The notes beneath the pieces are model-generated. The model did no database searches. It worked only from the letters and a program-made list of their open reading frames with translations, and had not been told where the DNA came from. Below are positions 14,629 through 30,100 of a stretch of 64,000 nucleotides of DNA, piece by piece. Position numbers and translations under genes: made by a program. This stretch comes from Eledone cirrhosa (lineage: Eukaryota), in the NCBI GenBank assembly GCA_964016885.1, contig OZ024752.1, positions 39,928,001 through 39,992,000 of the forward strand. Reading direction: 5' to 3'. The first letter of the stretch is position 1; every line of letters begins with the position of its first letter.

Positions 14629-17600
14629 GCTTGTCTTTGCTATGGAAGATTCTATAACTTGAATAGTGTTTACTCATTAAAACATCACACGCAATTTCTT
14701 TCTTTTGCAGTGTATTATGGCAGTAAGTGATAATGGTCGCCCAACAAGTAAAGTTTCCAAAGTTAATGTAAGAGTGACCTCAACAAGCAGCATTAAATCA
14801 CCTAGTTTCTCTATAAACGTATATTATAAAAATATGAATGAAGTCGATCCTGTTGGCTCATATGTGACTACTGTCGCAGCTACGCCACAATCACAAAATG
14901 TAAGTCTTCTTTTTTTGTAAATTTACTACATAAACTATGTATCAAGCTGTAGCATTTTAATTTTTGTACAAAACACTCGTTTTTTGTTGTTTTTGTTTTC
15001 GTTTTTTTTTTCTTTCTTGTTTTTGCATGTTGGTACCACAACATCCAGTCCAAACTGATGAGGTTGTGTAGGTGTCACGACAAAAAAAAAACGGAAAAAG
15101 AAAGGGAAAAAAACAGGGAAAAGAGAAGGGGAAAAAAGAGAAAGAGAAAAAGAAGGAAGAGGAAAAAAAAACAGTCGACACTGTAATGTGGCTATGTAGG
15201 TAACACGGTAGAAACCTCCCAGTCCAGACTGTAAATGTGGTTGGTGTTAGGAAGGGCATCCAACTGTAGAAAACCTGCCAGATAGTCCTATACGAGCGTG
15301 ACACAGTCACCCGACAAATCTCGCCTCAAATGGGACAATTCCCGTCTAACCCATGCTAGCGTCGAAGATAGACGTTAAACAATGATGATGATGATGATGA
15401 TGATGATGAGAATAAGAGACATGCGAGAATTCTGAAAATGTTAACTTATTCTTCCAGATGTTAAAGATACTATTTTTTCCCTAAAATACTGTATATACTC
15501 GAATATAAACTGAGGAATATCCTAGGGACGATTAACTTTCGTCAAATCGGACCGAGGAAACAATGTTTCCGTTGGTCTTTCCAATTGCTAATACTATCTA
15601 TCGGTTGCAACTCCAGGTAGAAGGAGCAATGTGAAATAAAGTGTCTTGCTCAAGGACATAACGCATCACCTGGTCCAGGAATCGAACTCACAACCTTACG
15701 ATTGCGAATCCAATTCTCTAACCACTCAGCCACACGCCTTCACCAAAAAACCAAAAAATCGGTGGTAAAATGGAGGGTTTGGATTATATATGCCATCTAA
15801 ACAATGTGTTGATTAGCTGCCTCAGTTTATAGATGGGGTTGAGATTTTTGCCCATTTCTCAAACATAGAATGGTGTATGTGTGGAGTGATGGTGGTGGGG
15901 GCCATATATTTAGATCAGCTTATATTTGAGTATATAAAGTAAGTTTCAAAATTTTACCATGTATCCTAGAAGGTGACAGTTTCATTAAAGTACATGAAAG
16001 TATTAAGAACTTGTTTTTATGTACCGTATTTCCCAGCGCCGAACACACTTCGTCCTCGGGGACGTACCCTAATTTTGACAACCAAAAATTTGAAAAAAAA
16101 TGATAAATAACTTTCGGCCTCCATGATGCATGGTAGTTTTTTGAGACTTATTTTAGGAAAAAAGTAGTGTCTTCTCTTCGATGCCAGGAAATATGGAAGT
16201 TTCTTTTTTTTTTGTTGGGGAGGGGTCGAGGAAAGGAGGAGATACTTATTTTAACTGTTAAGGAAGTCAGAGAAAGAAAAAAAGAGGAGAACAATAAGAA
16301 AGCAATAAGCAGAGGAAACATACACAATTATTAACCTTCTTGCCAACAACAACCCTGGTGGACACCTTTTTTGATTTCCATGTGTCTAACATGTAGCATG
16401 CCTACAAAATCAGAAAACAGCACAGCTCCCATGACTTTCGAAAACATTTTTTCATGCTCACAGTTGCTGAAACATGGACGCACCCTAATTTTGACGCTGG
16501 GAAATACAGTATATATGTCTTTCAAACAGAAAGCGGTGGAGAGCAACCATGAAGGGGTTCCTCCAAAGAACGCCATGGACACACCCTAATTTTGACCACC
16601 AAAAATTTGAAAAAAAATAATAAACAATCTTCGGGCTCCAGGACACATGGTAGATTTTTGAGACTTATTTTAGGAAAAAAGAAGTGTCTTCAACGCTGGG
16701 AAATACAGTATATATGTCTTTCAAACAGAAAGCGGTGGAGAGCAACCATGAAGGGGTTCCTCCAACAAGTGTGAGAACGCCCTGGATTGGATTGGATTAG
16801 AGTATACACCAACTACCAGTATCTTTTGTAATATTCAACATCTTTTCATTTCAGGATGTGATACGCTACCGAGTAGTGGGAAAATATCCAGCTGATGCAT
16901 TTTTCGAAGTCAACAGTGTTAATGGAAATATATCCTTAAAAAAGAATCTTAAAGAAGATATATTGAGTACTACATCATACACAGTGAGTTTTCTATCAGG
17001 ATTTATTTACTCGTTTCTAGAAAAAACAAGCATACTTGATTCTTTTTGTTTGTTGACTTTTTAATATATTTCTGTTTTAGATATTTATTATATTATATAA
17101 TATCATTTGAGATTTATTATACTATGTAATATCATTTGAGATTTATTATACTATATAATATCATTTGAGATTTATTATATTATATAATATCATTTGAGAT
17201 TTATTATATTATATAATATCATTTGAGATTTATTATATATCATTTGAGATTTATTATATTATATATCATTTGAGATGTATTATATTATATATCATTTGAG
17301 ATGTATTATATTATATATCATTTGAGATTTATTATATAATATCATTTTAGATTTATTATACTATGTAATATCATTTTAGATTTATTATATTATATAATAT
17401 CATTTTAGATTTATTATATTATATAATATCATTTGAGATTTATTATATTATAAATATCATTTGAGATTTATTATATTATATAATATCATTTGAGATTTAT
17501 TATATTATAAATATCATTTGAGATTTATTATATTATATAATATCATTTGAGATTTATTATATTATATAATATCATTTGAGATTTATTATATTATAAATAT

Positions 17601-20600
17601 CATTTGAGATTTATTATATTATATAATATCATTTGAGATTTATTATACTATGTAATATCATTTGAGATTTATTATACTATATAATATCATTTGAGATTTA
17701 TTATACTATATAATATCATTTGAGATTTATTATATTATATAATATCATTTGAGATTTATTATACTATATAATATCATTTGAGATTTATTATATTATATAA
17801 TATCATTTGAGATTTATTATACTATGTAATATCATTTGAGACATTCAATATTTACGGTATTGTTACTTTCCTCTTCCGTTCTATAGTTAAAAATTGAAGC
17901 TTATGTTGTTGGTCAACCGGGAGCAACAGCTACTGCAGATGTTTTCATTACTGTGACGAGGAATGCTAATGGCCCAATATTCAACCCCAGCATTGCTGCA
18001 GTGACGATACCTCAAAATACCAAACCAGAAACATATCTTTACAACTTTAATGTAACAGATGCAGATAGCGTAAGTTTTACTAAATATTCTTCCCATGAGT
18101 ACAAGCTGAAGCTGAAGCATATAAACAGTATTACCCCACCCTCTCCCACTGTTAAGTGGTCCTTTAGATGCCACAACAAAAAAGCGCCCAGCCCACACTA
18201 TAAAGCACTCAGTACATGTAAATGAGGTTGGGGTTAGGAAGGGCATCCAGCTGTCGAAATCAAGCCAAAATCAGTCCTGTATGAGCAAGACATGGTCACC
18301 TGACCTGGCATTGCCCACAACAGAACAACTCGTCTAACCCATGCTAGCATGGAAGAATGGACGTAAAATGGTGAGGATTCTATAACTCTGTACCTATTGT
18401 TTCAGTGCCTTAGCCTTGCCATCACTCATGGTAATGCCTAAACAATTTCCAATGACCCTTGTGCTGTGTGACCGATTGACGCATTTAGTGTTGAATCAAT
18501 GTTATTTATTTTTGTTTTGTTTTTTTTTTCTTTTGCTTTGATTATACTCTATTACTCTGTTACATGTTCCAGCCGACAGGCTGAGACCATGCTGGGGCAC
18601 CACCATTGACACTACACTTTCTATAGCCAGCCTTCCTCGGTTGGCCAATGATGCAAAAAAGATTTTGTTACTGCCGCCCTTATTTGTGCTTCACCTTGCA
18701 ATCTGGTTTCATCTGGGATCTTGGTTAGCAGAATGTGAAGATGCTTCTTGAAAACATCTATATCTGTACCATCTGACAAATTCGACCATCTTGAAATAGG
18801 GGCTTAAATTTTGAAGTATATATGGAGGCACATGGCTTAGTGGTTAGAGCATTGGCCTTGCAATCGAAAGGTTGTGCGTTCAGTTCTCAAACCGGGTGAT
18901 GTGTTGTTTCCTTGAGCAAGACACTTTATCTCACATTGCTCCAGTTTACTCAGCTGTAGAAATGAGATGATAGGGACTGGGGTCCATATCATTCCACTGC
19001 AAAGTGGTTGTGGAGATGTCACAGCAAAAAAGCACCCAGCCCACACTGTAAAGTGGACGTGTAGGTGCCACGGAAAAAAAGCACCCAGCACTCACTGTAA
19101 ATGAGGTTGGTGTTGGGAAGGGCAGAAATCAAGCCAGAATCAGTTCCCGCCCAACCCTTGCAAGCAGGGAAAAGCGGACGTAAAATGATGATGATGATGA
19201 TTGTTACTAAAATTATCTACATAAACTGCCAAGAGAGAGAGAGATTCAAACTTGCTTGTTTTCTGAAATAAGTCTGAAATTGATGATTCGAAGTAACTGG
19301 CATGTCTAAGGTGTTCTACTACAAACTTTTTGTTTATTGAAGATATCTTACTTCGAAGTTTTTGTTTTCGAAGAAATGTGTTCGAAGAATAGTCCGTAAG
19401 CATCCATTATTAGACTATATTTGTTTTGGCAGTGTCGGTAGCGCATCAGACACCATGCTTTGCAGCATAGAGTTATGGCCCTTTGTGTTCGAAAAATTCA
19501 AATCCACCGAGGTTAACTTTGCCTTTCATCTTTACAGGGTCGATAAAATAAAATACCAGTGATGCACTGGGGTAATTGCTGGCCTTGTACCAAAAGTAGA
19601 AACTCTGGATGTGGAGTGGCAGTATCAGTAGAGCATCAGACATAATGCATTACAGCATAGAGTTATGGCCCTGTACGTTCTGAGTTCAAATCCTGCCGAG
19701 GTTAACTCAAGGTTAACTTTGCCTTTCATCCTTACAGGGTTGATAAAATAAAGTACCAGTAATGCACTGGGGTAATTGCTGGCCTTGTGCCAAAAGTAGA
19801 AACAATTATTAGACTATATTGAGGCACATGGCCTAGTGGTTAGAGCATTGGCCTTGCAATCGAAAGGTTATGAGTTCAATTCTCAGACCGGGTGATGTGT
19901 TGTTTCCTTGAGCAAGACACTTTATTTCACATTGCTCCAGTTTACTCAGCTGTAGAAATGAGATGATAGGGACTGGGGTCCCTATCATTCCACTGCAAAG
20001 TGGTCGTGGAGGTGCCACGGCAAAAAAGCACCCAGCACTCACTGTAAATGAGGTTAGTGTTAGGAAGGGCATCCAGCTGTAGAAATCAAGCCAAAATCAG
20101 TTCCCGTCCCACCCTTGCAAGCAGGGAAAAAGCGGACGTAAAATGAAATGATGAAATGATGAAATGATGATTACGGTGAAGCTTTTATTTCTATTTCAAT
20201 TACAAAATATATTATTTATACTTCTTGTAAGTGTATATGTTCTTCTAAAATGATAAACTTTTATTTTTCACGGCATTCTTATATTTTATCTAAACTGATT
20301 TATGGGCTTAAATTTCTTTTTGTTATGTTTTATATTCCAGAAATTTATCACGTGCAAAATCACAGGATCTGCAATTTCTTTGGAATATTTTAAGTTATCC
20401 CCTAGGAGCTGTGTAGTTCAATTAAAAAAGAGTTTACTGTTGGATACACAAAATAACACTCGATACACAGTAAGTAGTTTGATATTTTCGATATACTATA
20501 ACAAATTTCTTTTTTTATAAACTGCGAACGGGTTTGTTGAAGTAAATAGTAGCCATCTTTAAGGGTGTTTATTTTAAAACCTATTTTATAGCGTTTCTAC

Positions 20601-23600
20601 GCATGAACACACCACTCTTTATTTAACCCTTTAGCATTTAAACCGGCAGTATCCGGCCAGAATTCTCTCACCACTTTCCGTTCCAATTGGTTGTAACCAG
20701 CCGCTCATACTGATGTTAAGGTATTGTTCTCAAAATAAATAATATCAAAATCTCATAGATTCGATATTATATGAGATAATTGTGTGAGATAAGCCTTTAC
20801 CAGAAAAATACAATAATATATACAGAGTAATGCTAACGGGTTAACTAAATTGATAAACATGGATTAACAAACATATTTCAAAGAAACTTATCAAATGGAA
20901 TATTTAACGAGACGGAATGGCTCTTCCAGCGCATCTCCCTTACCATGCTCCAAGGTAAACGCCTTCTCTATTCTGTCCGCTGGGGCCATGAGGTGGCCAA
21001 TGTGTTGAACCCCATAATAGTGAGAGATAAGGAGGACAAGACAGACAAAGGTGATGACAGTGGGAATTTGGCTCCTCTGTGTCCATACCTGGTGTACATG
21101 TATGTGTATGCTTATTGACTTGTTATCCATTTGTTGTAGCATTAGATTCAATGTATTATATACCTATGGTTATAGATTAGTTTAAACACTGTATTGTTTA
21201 TTAATTAGTTTCTCATGTAGGTACAACTACAGTTTAATGTTTCTACATTATGTGACTTTCCATTATTTAACAAGTAATAGTCAAATTCAGAGAAGGTTAA
21301 GCTCCAGAATATGAGACTACATCTGGTCATCTGTGTTGCATTTTGGAACCATTTTATATCATTTATACCCCCAAATGCTCTTGAGAGTGTCACACAATCT
21401 TAAATCACATTCTGTATAAATCAGAACGCTTATATGAAAATATGAAGTCAATAAAGTACCAGTAATGAACTGGGTTATTGCTGGCCTTGTGCCTAAAGTA
21501 GAAACAAATATTAGCAACATTTGCCACTGAAAACTAGCAGCTAGCTTTATTTGTTATAGTTTATGATGTGAGTTCAAATCCCGCCGAGGTTAACTTCGCC
21601 TTTCATCCTTACAGGGGCCGATAAAATAAAGTACCAGTAATGTACTGGATAATTGCTGGCCTTGTGCCTAAAATAGAAACATTTCTTTGTTATAGTTTAT
21701 TTATACACATATGCACCCTCCCACACCCTCCGACACCTTCCCCTACCCCCAAATTACTGGCCTTGAGCCTCTACTAGAAATCATCATTATTATTATTAGG
21801 GCAGTGGATTGGCAGTATCGGTAGAGCGGTGGACACCATGCTTCGCGGCATAGAGTTATGACCCTTTACGTTCTGATTTCAAATCCTGCCGAGGTTAGCT
21901 TTGCCTTTCATCCTTACAGGGTCGATAAAATAAAGCACCAGTAATGTACTGGGGTCGCTATACTAGATATCATCCTTACGGGGGTCGATAAAATAAAGTA
22001 CCAGTAATGTACTGGGGTCGCTATACTAGATATCATCCTTACGGGGGTCGATAAAATAAAGCACCAGTAATGTACTGGGGTCGCTATACTAGATATCATC
22101 CTTACGGGGGTCGATAAAATAAAACACCAGTAATGTACTGGGGTCGCTATACTAGATATCATCCTTACGGGGGTCGATAAAATAAAGTACCAGTAATGTA
22201 CTGGGGTCGCTATACTAGATATCATCCTTACGGGGGTCGATAAAATAAAGCACCAGTAATGTACTGGGGTCGCTATACTAGATATCATCCTTACGGGGGT
22301 CGATAAAATAAAGCACCAGTAATGTACTGGGGTCGCTATACTAGATATCATCCTTACGGGGTCGATAAAATAAAGCACCAGTAATGTACTGGGGTCGCTA
22401 TACTAGATATCATCCTTACGGGGGTCGATAAAATAAAGCACCAGTAATGTACTGGGGTCGCTATACTAGATATCATCCTTACGGGGTCGATAAAATAAAG
22501 TACCAGTAATTGCTGGCCTTGTGCCAAAAGTAGAAACAATTATTATTGTTATTATTGTATATATCGGCACTTGTGGCCAATAAATGACGTCATTATTATT
22601 GTTATTATTAAAGGGCAGTGGATTGGCAGTATCGGTAGAGGTTCGGACGCCATGCTTTGCAGCATAGAGTTACGGCCCTTTATGATCTGAGTTCAAATCC
22701 CGCCGAAGTTAACTTTGCCTTTCATCCTTACGGGGTGTATAAAATAAAGTACCAGTCACACACTGGGGGTAGATTTAATCGACTTTCCCCCTCCCCCCAA
22801 ATTGCAGGCCTTGTGCCTATATAAAAAAAAAATTAAAAAAAAAAAAACATTATTATTGTTATTATTAAAGGTCGGTGGATTGACAGTATCGGTAGAGGGT
22901 CGGACGCCATGCTTTCTAGCATAGAGTTACGGCCCTTGCCATTCTGAGTTCAAATCCCGCCGTGGTTAACTTTGCCTTTCATCCTTACGGGGTGTATAAA
23001 ATAAAGTACCAGTCACACACTGGGGGTAGATTTAATCGACTTTCCCCCTCCCCCCCAAATTGCAGGCCTTGTGCCTATATAAAAAAAAAAATTTAAAAAA
23101 AAAAAACATTATTATTGTTATTATTAAAGGGCGGTGGATTGACAGTATCGGTAGAGGGTCGGACGCCATGCTTTCTAGCATAGAGTTACGGCCCTTGCCA
23201 TTCTGAGTTCAAATCCCGCCGTGGTTAACTTTGCCTTTCATCCTGACGGGGTCGATAAAATAAAGTACCAGTCACACACTGGGGGTAGATTTAATCGACT
23301 TTCCCCCTCCCCCCCAAATTGCAGGCCTTGTGCCTATATAAAAAAAAAAATTTTAAAAAAAAAAACATTATTATTGTTATTATTAAAGGGCGGTGGATTG
23401 ACAGTATCGGTAGAGGGTCGGACGCCATGCTTTCTAGCATAGAGTTACGGCCCTTGCCATTCTGAGTTCAAATCCCGCCGTGGTTAACTTTGCCTTTCAT
23501 CCTGACGGGGTCGATAAAATAAAGTACCAGTAATACACTGGGTATTTGCTGGCCTTGTGCCAATAAATGAAATCATTACTATTGTTATTATCATCATTAT

Positions 23601-24076
23601 TTTAGATCAATGTGGAAGCCAGTGATAATGCACAGCCTGTTCCAAAGACAAGTTCAGGAACAGTAATTGTGAATGTACAACGAAGTCCAATCCTTGTTTT
23701 TACCAATTTACCTAACCAAATTACAATTCCTGAGAATAAGGGTCGAGGATATCAACTTTATAATGTAACTGCCATTAATAACAACGGTGTAAGTATAAAA
23801 ACATATTTGTTGTCTCGGAGGTTTGAGCTTGATATAAACATAAGTTTAGCTGTTTGTCAGGATTACGTGCCAGCTTTAGAGTGCTTCACAACATCGTATC
23901 TATGAAACTAGAAGGATTGGGAAACATTTGCACAAGATTTCCAGATCCGTTTTATTAAAGTTAGCCTAAAATGTTCAACTAGGAGTGGATTGTGTTAGAA
24001 AATAAATTACATCATCATCGTCATCACCATTTAACGTCCATATATATATATGTGCATACGTATGTATATATATATA

Positions 24077-24112
<36 letters not shown>

Positions 24113-24134
24113 TATATGTATATATATGCATATA

Positions 24135-24184
<50 letters not shown>

Positions 24185-27100
24185 TATATATATATATGTA
24201 TATATATGTATATATGTATATATATATGTATATATATCAGCTTATGCACCCCAATCGGGGCTGCCAGACGAACTTAAGGATAGGTTTTACGAGTCCCTAG
24301 TGCACACTACTGCTCTAACAGACGACAATGACTTCCTAATCATCGCAGGAGATTTTAACGGACACGTAGATAAACACTGCGACGGCTTCAATAGAGTACA
24401 TGGAGGCCATGGGGTTGGCACAAGAAATGAGGAAGGATTCAGACTTCTTGAATTCTGCGATGCCAATGACATGTCGATATGTAACACAAACTTTAAAAAA
24501 CCCGACAACCACCTGATCACCTATAGATCAGGGGAGCACTCCAGTCAGATAGATTTTATCCTCATCAGAGGACGTGACAGATGGACGGTCGTAAACACAA
24601 AAGCCTTCCCTAGTGAGGAATGTACATCCCAACATAGCTTAGTTGTCAGCGACCTCACGGTCAGAACTAGACGAACCTGGAAACAGAGGCCAACCTGGAG
24701 AAGAAAGATCTGGAAGCTGAAAGTCCCCTCAACCAGTAACAGATTTAAAGCTATTTTACTCAACGCCTACGACAGTAAAGAAGAACAGATAGAGACATTC
24801 AATGTAGAAGAGAACTGGGTGTTCCTAAAAAATAATTTACTAGAGGCGACGGATGAGGTCTGTGGCTGGAGTAAGACCTCAAGCAGGAGGAGAGTGACTT
24901 CGTGGTGGAACAATAAGGTAGATGAAGCAGTTAAGGCCAAGAGACAGGCATGGAAAGAATGGAAGAACGGGGGGAGCAGGGTACATTACATAGAGACCAA
25001 GAGGGAAACTAGGCGACAAGTATACTTAGCTAGGAGGGAAGCAGAGGATATAAAATTCAAGCATTTTTTGCAACGTGAGGACCAGAAACAGGAGGTGTTC
25101 AAGATTGCGAGGCAGTGTGTCAGAGAGAGTTGTGATGTCATTGGAGAGAAGTGTATCCGGAATGATAAAGGTGAGCTTGCCCTCACAAGTGCTGAGAAGA
25201 AAGATGCATGTAAGAGTCATTATGATAGATTACTAAATGAGGAGAATGCATGGGAAGAAGAGACCCTACCCCAAGTAGACCCTATAGAGGGGCCAGCAGT
25301 ACAAGTCAGCAGCAACGTAGTAAGTAAGACAATCAAAGATATGAAGATGGGGAAGGCAAGCGGTCCATCGGGTATAGCTGCCAAGATGCTGAAGGCATCA
25401 GGGTCTGTAGGTCACACTATAACCACACGTATTGTTAACCAGGTAATACTAGAAGGTGTCATACCAAAAGATTGGTGCAGTAGCATCATTGTCAACTGCT
25501 ACAAAGGTAACGGTGGTGCACTAGATAGAGGAAACTATAGAGGTATAAAGCTGATGGACCAGGTCATGAAAGTAACAGAAAGAGTTATAGCACAGTTAAT
25601 TAGGGACCGGGTGAAAATAGACGAGATGCAATTTGGGTTTGTACCAGGAAGAGGCACCACTGATGCCCTCTTCCTTGTGAGGCAGTTACAGGAAAAGTAC
25701 CTAGCTAAAAGTAAGCCACTCTACTTGGTATTTGTCGACCTTGTGAAAGCCTTTGACAGAGTTCCACGTGCTGTAATCTGGTGGGCTCTTAGAAAACTAG
25801 GAGTAGATGAATGGCTTGTGAAAGTGGTACAAGCCATGTATAGTGGAGCAGTCAGCAAAGTTAAGATTAGCAATGAGTATAGCGAGGAATTTAGCGTACA
25901 GGTTGGGGTCCACCAGGGCTCTGTTCTTAGCCCCTCCTGTTCATCATAGTCCTGCAGGCAATAACGGAGGAGTTTAAGACCGGATGCCCATGTGAACTCC
26001 TGTATGCTGATGACCTCGCACTTATAGCTGAATCTATGGTAGAACTAGAGAATAAATTCCAAACTTGGAAGCAGGGACTAGAAAGAAAGGGTCTCAAAGT
26101 CAACCTGACAAAGACTAAGGTCCTTGTAAGTAGACGAGAAAACAGAACCCAGATCCCCTCAGGGAAATGGCCTTGCTCAGTATGTAGGAAAGGTGTAGGT
26201 AGGAACTCCATTCTCTGCCCCAAATGCAAACAATGGGTACACAAGAGATGTAGCGGGATCTCAGGAAGCTTAATTAAGAATGTAGGCTTCACATGCAGCA
26301 GCTGTGCTGGGACAGCAAGCAATAAACAGCCACAGGAAACAAGTACCACCAATCTCCGGGAGGGCTCTGTAGAAACAGTAGACAGCTTCTGCTACCTAGG
26401 TGACCGAATTATCAGCGGAGGTGGGTGTTCAGAAAGTACAATAACTAGGGTAAGAACGGGATGGAAGAAGTTTAGGGAACTACTACCACTGCTAGCTGCA
26501 AAAGGCTTCTCCCTCAGAATGAAAGGCAGACTGTATGATGCGTGTATCCGAACAGCGATATTGCATGGTAGTGAGACCTGGGCGCTGAAGGTGGAAGACT
26601 TACGTAGATTAGAGAGAAACGAAGCCTGCATGCTCCGATGGATGTGTAACAGTAATATACGTGAACGACAAAGCATAAATGAATTGAGAGAGAGACTGAG
26701 CATAAGAGGAATCAAATGCTGTGTGCAGGAGAGGCGGTTGCGCTGGTATGGACATGTGATGCATATGAAGGATGACAGCTGCATAAAAAGGTGCAGAGCA
26801 CTAGAAGTCGATGGAAACCGCGGAGTGGGGAGACCCAACGGGCAAAAGAGGGTGATATCCATCATCAGTTGTCTGCTAGCAATCATAGATATTTCTTCGC
26901 ATTAGAGACAAGATACCTCAGCCTAGGGCGAGCCATAACTAAAATAAGTTATTGGGATAAAAAAAGGGGGGGGGAGAGAGAGAAAAAGACATAAACAGAC
27001 ACGAAAAGTCAAGCAATGTAAAGAGAGGAAAAATATCAAATCAACAAACGTTTTTCGGACATAAGTCCTGACAAGTTTGACGAGAGAAAAGACAGGTCTT

Positions 27101-30100
27101 CACTGTAGCAGTGTGAGTGAGAAAAGAGACTGCTTGCAGTGGTGGACGAGGGAGGAAGTGAGCTAGCAGAGAGAGTGCAACTAGCAGAGAGGGAGTGAAT
27201 GAACGTAAGAGGAAGCGAGAAAGAGATAGTTATAGTGGTAGGCTAGCAGAGAGAAGGTAGGCTAGCAGAGAGGGTGAGCGAAAGTAAGAGGGAGAAGGAG
27301 AGAGAGGGGGGAGAGAGATAAAAGCAGCAAGGGGAGAGAAAAGATGGGTCACAGTGGATAAGGAAAATTATATAAATAAAATGGTAGGCTGTGTTGTTGT
27401 AACCACAAGATAATTACGTTGTTATGTGGAGCGATGAGAACAATTTCATGCAAAGACAAAAAACCAAAACTACGTTTATGGTATAAATGGAGTCATTAGA
27501 CTAATATTCTATTTCGGAAAGCGAATGATTCACTGCTCCGGAGTTTAAGAATAATGTAAATATATAAATACATTAGACAGAGTCTAATAATAATTCATGT
27601 TATGTTCTTCAAAACCTTTCAGGGTCAAATAGAATACCAAATTTTAAATGTTGCTCCAAGTGGACAAGAATATTTTTATATTGCTAAATTAACTGGAATA
27701 ATCTATTTAAATGATTCCTTGAAAAATGATCCTCGGCAGAATACTATGTACACGGTAAGCATGCTCTAATTATATATTCTTGGAATATTTATTTATGTTT
27801 ATGTTGCATTTCCATTTATACATTAATGTCTTGCTCTTCTTTACTTCCAACCACACACACATAAACATACTACAAAGCAATAAGAAAACCTCAACATGGT
27901 TTCTCAACATTCTAGAAACAATAATCTCCCAAATTATATTTTCTCCACTTAGGGTGAAAGCAGAAATGGTTTGCTAAAACTTTTAATCTGTACTACTACT
28001 ATTACTACTACTACTTGGGCGGTGGATTGGCAGTATCGGTAGAGGGTCGGACGCCATGCTTTCCAGCATAGTTACGTCCCTTTACGATCTGAATTCAAAT
28101 CCCGCCGAGGTTAACTTTGCCTTTCATCTTTACGGGGTCGATAAAATAAAGTACCAGTAATGCACTGGGTAATTGCTGGCCTTGTGCCTAAAGTAGAAAC
28201 AACTATTACTACTACTATTAAAAATAATAATAATAATAATAATAACGATACGAGAGTGCAAGAAAAGGAGAGGGAGAAAATTAACCGATACCAGGACTTA
28301 AAGTGGGAGTTAAAAAAGGATTTGGAACTGCCATGAAATCAAGGTCATCCCGATTGTCATAGGAACACTAGGTACTATCTCAAAGAGTTTCCAAGATGGT
28401 TAAAGAAGATTAGTCCAGCCCTGCTTTTTGGAACACTTCAAAAGGCATGCTTGCTGGGAACAGCAAGAACCCTCCGATACGTCCTGAATATCTGAGGCTG
28501 CAGGTAGTGGCTTGATATTCATTTCAGCAAACTTTCCAGTTAAATAACATCAATGACTGAGACTCAAAGTACAATAATAATAATAATTGTTTCTACTTTT
28601 GGCACAAGACCAGCTATTACTGGGATAATTGCTGGCCTTGTGCCAAAAGTAGAAACAATTATTGGGTACAGTGGGGGAATTCTGAAATGAAATGTTACTG
28701 AACAAAAAGAAATTGATAGGAAGACTAGGAAGCTTACATCATTCCCCACAAGAGGAGTGATGTTGATAGATTCTATTTAAAGAGATCTGAAGGTTGAAGA
28801 GGTCTTATCAGCGTAGAGGACTGTGTTTAGATGGAGAGAAACAGTCTGCACAAATGTGTCTCACAGTAGGGAGCCAATGCTCAAAGTTGTACTGAAGGAG
28901 AAGACAATAGACCAAGAGATGTCCAAGGAGGAAATAACAATGAGGAAAAGCAACCGTCATTAAAAATCCCTTCATAGCACCTTCTTTAAGAAAATGGAAT
29001 TCAGAGATCCACAGATATGGCACTGGTTAAAAAGAGGAGACTTTAAAAATCTACAGAAGGAATGATAATGGCTGCACAAGAACAAGCCCTCAAAACGAAG
29101 TGGGTGAAATACCATATTGACACGGAGGAGGCTAGCTCACTGTGTAGGATCTGTGGAGAGAGAGAGGAGATTGTGCCTCACATTGTATCCAAGTGTAAAC
29201 ACCTACCCCAGACTCACTATAAAGGCTGGAAACATGATATAATAGGAAAGGTGATTCATTGGCATCTATGCAAACTAAACAATTTGTCACATTCTGAGAA
29301 GTGGTATGAGCATAAGTCAGAGTCGGTGATAGAAAACGATCAAATGAAGGTGGTATGCGATTACAGGATACAGACGGACAAGAAATTAGAACACAATAGA
29401 CTTGACCTGGTGGTTTTTGCTGAGGAAAAAAGATGTGCCTGATTGTAGATGTAGCCTACCTCTTTGACATGAGAGTGCAAGAAAAGGAGAAGGAGAAAAC
29501 CGATACCAGGATTTAAAGTGGGAGTTTAAAAGAATTTGGGACTGTCAAGAGATCAAGGATGTCTCGAATGTCATAGGAGCACTAGGTACTATCTCAAAGA
29601 GTTTCCAAGGATGATTAAAGAACATTAGTCCAGTCCTGTTTTTTGGAACACTTCAAAAGGCATGCTTGCTGGGAACAGCAAGAACCCTCTGATACGTCCT
29701 GAATATCAGAGGCTGCAGGTAGCTGCTTGATGTTTCATTTGAACAAACTTTCCAGTTAAATAACATCAATGACTGAGACTCAAATAATAATAATAATAAT
29801 AATATATTAATTTATAGTTCAAGTCTAATCTCTAAAGATATAGCTCATATCCTTACAATTACATTTTTGATCTTTGTGAGTGCATCTCTGAACTTGCCCT
29901 TACATTTAAAGCTTTTTTTACTTTTTCTCCTAATTCGTTTTTTCTAATTTTTAATTTTCAGATTCGCATTTCTGCTTTCGATCCGAACCTTTCTCAATCG
30001 AAAATTCAGTCCGATTTAATAACTAAGGTCCAGAGAAGCAAAGGTGGACCAACATTTATTAATGATCCATACACAATTGCAATTAATCAGAACTTAGCAA

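Noticed and set aside
15055-15075. CTGATGA as hammerhead core
   Set aside because: Part of an RTE-tail repeat (homolog near 53275 reads differently); no stem II-GAAA follows
27041-27080. Minus-strand GGAC(TTAT)GTCC-GAAA-AACGTT hammerhead-like fold, plus lone CTGATGA near 26862
   Set aside because: 5' core reads CTTGTCA and the cleavage base is G; at best a decayed relic, not counted
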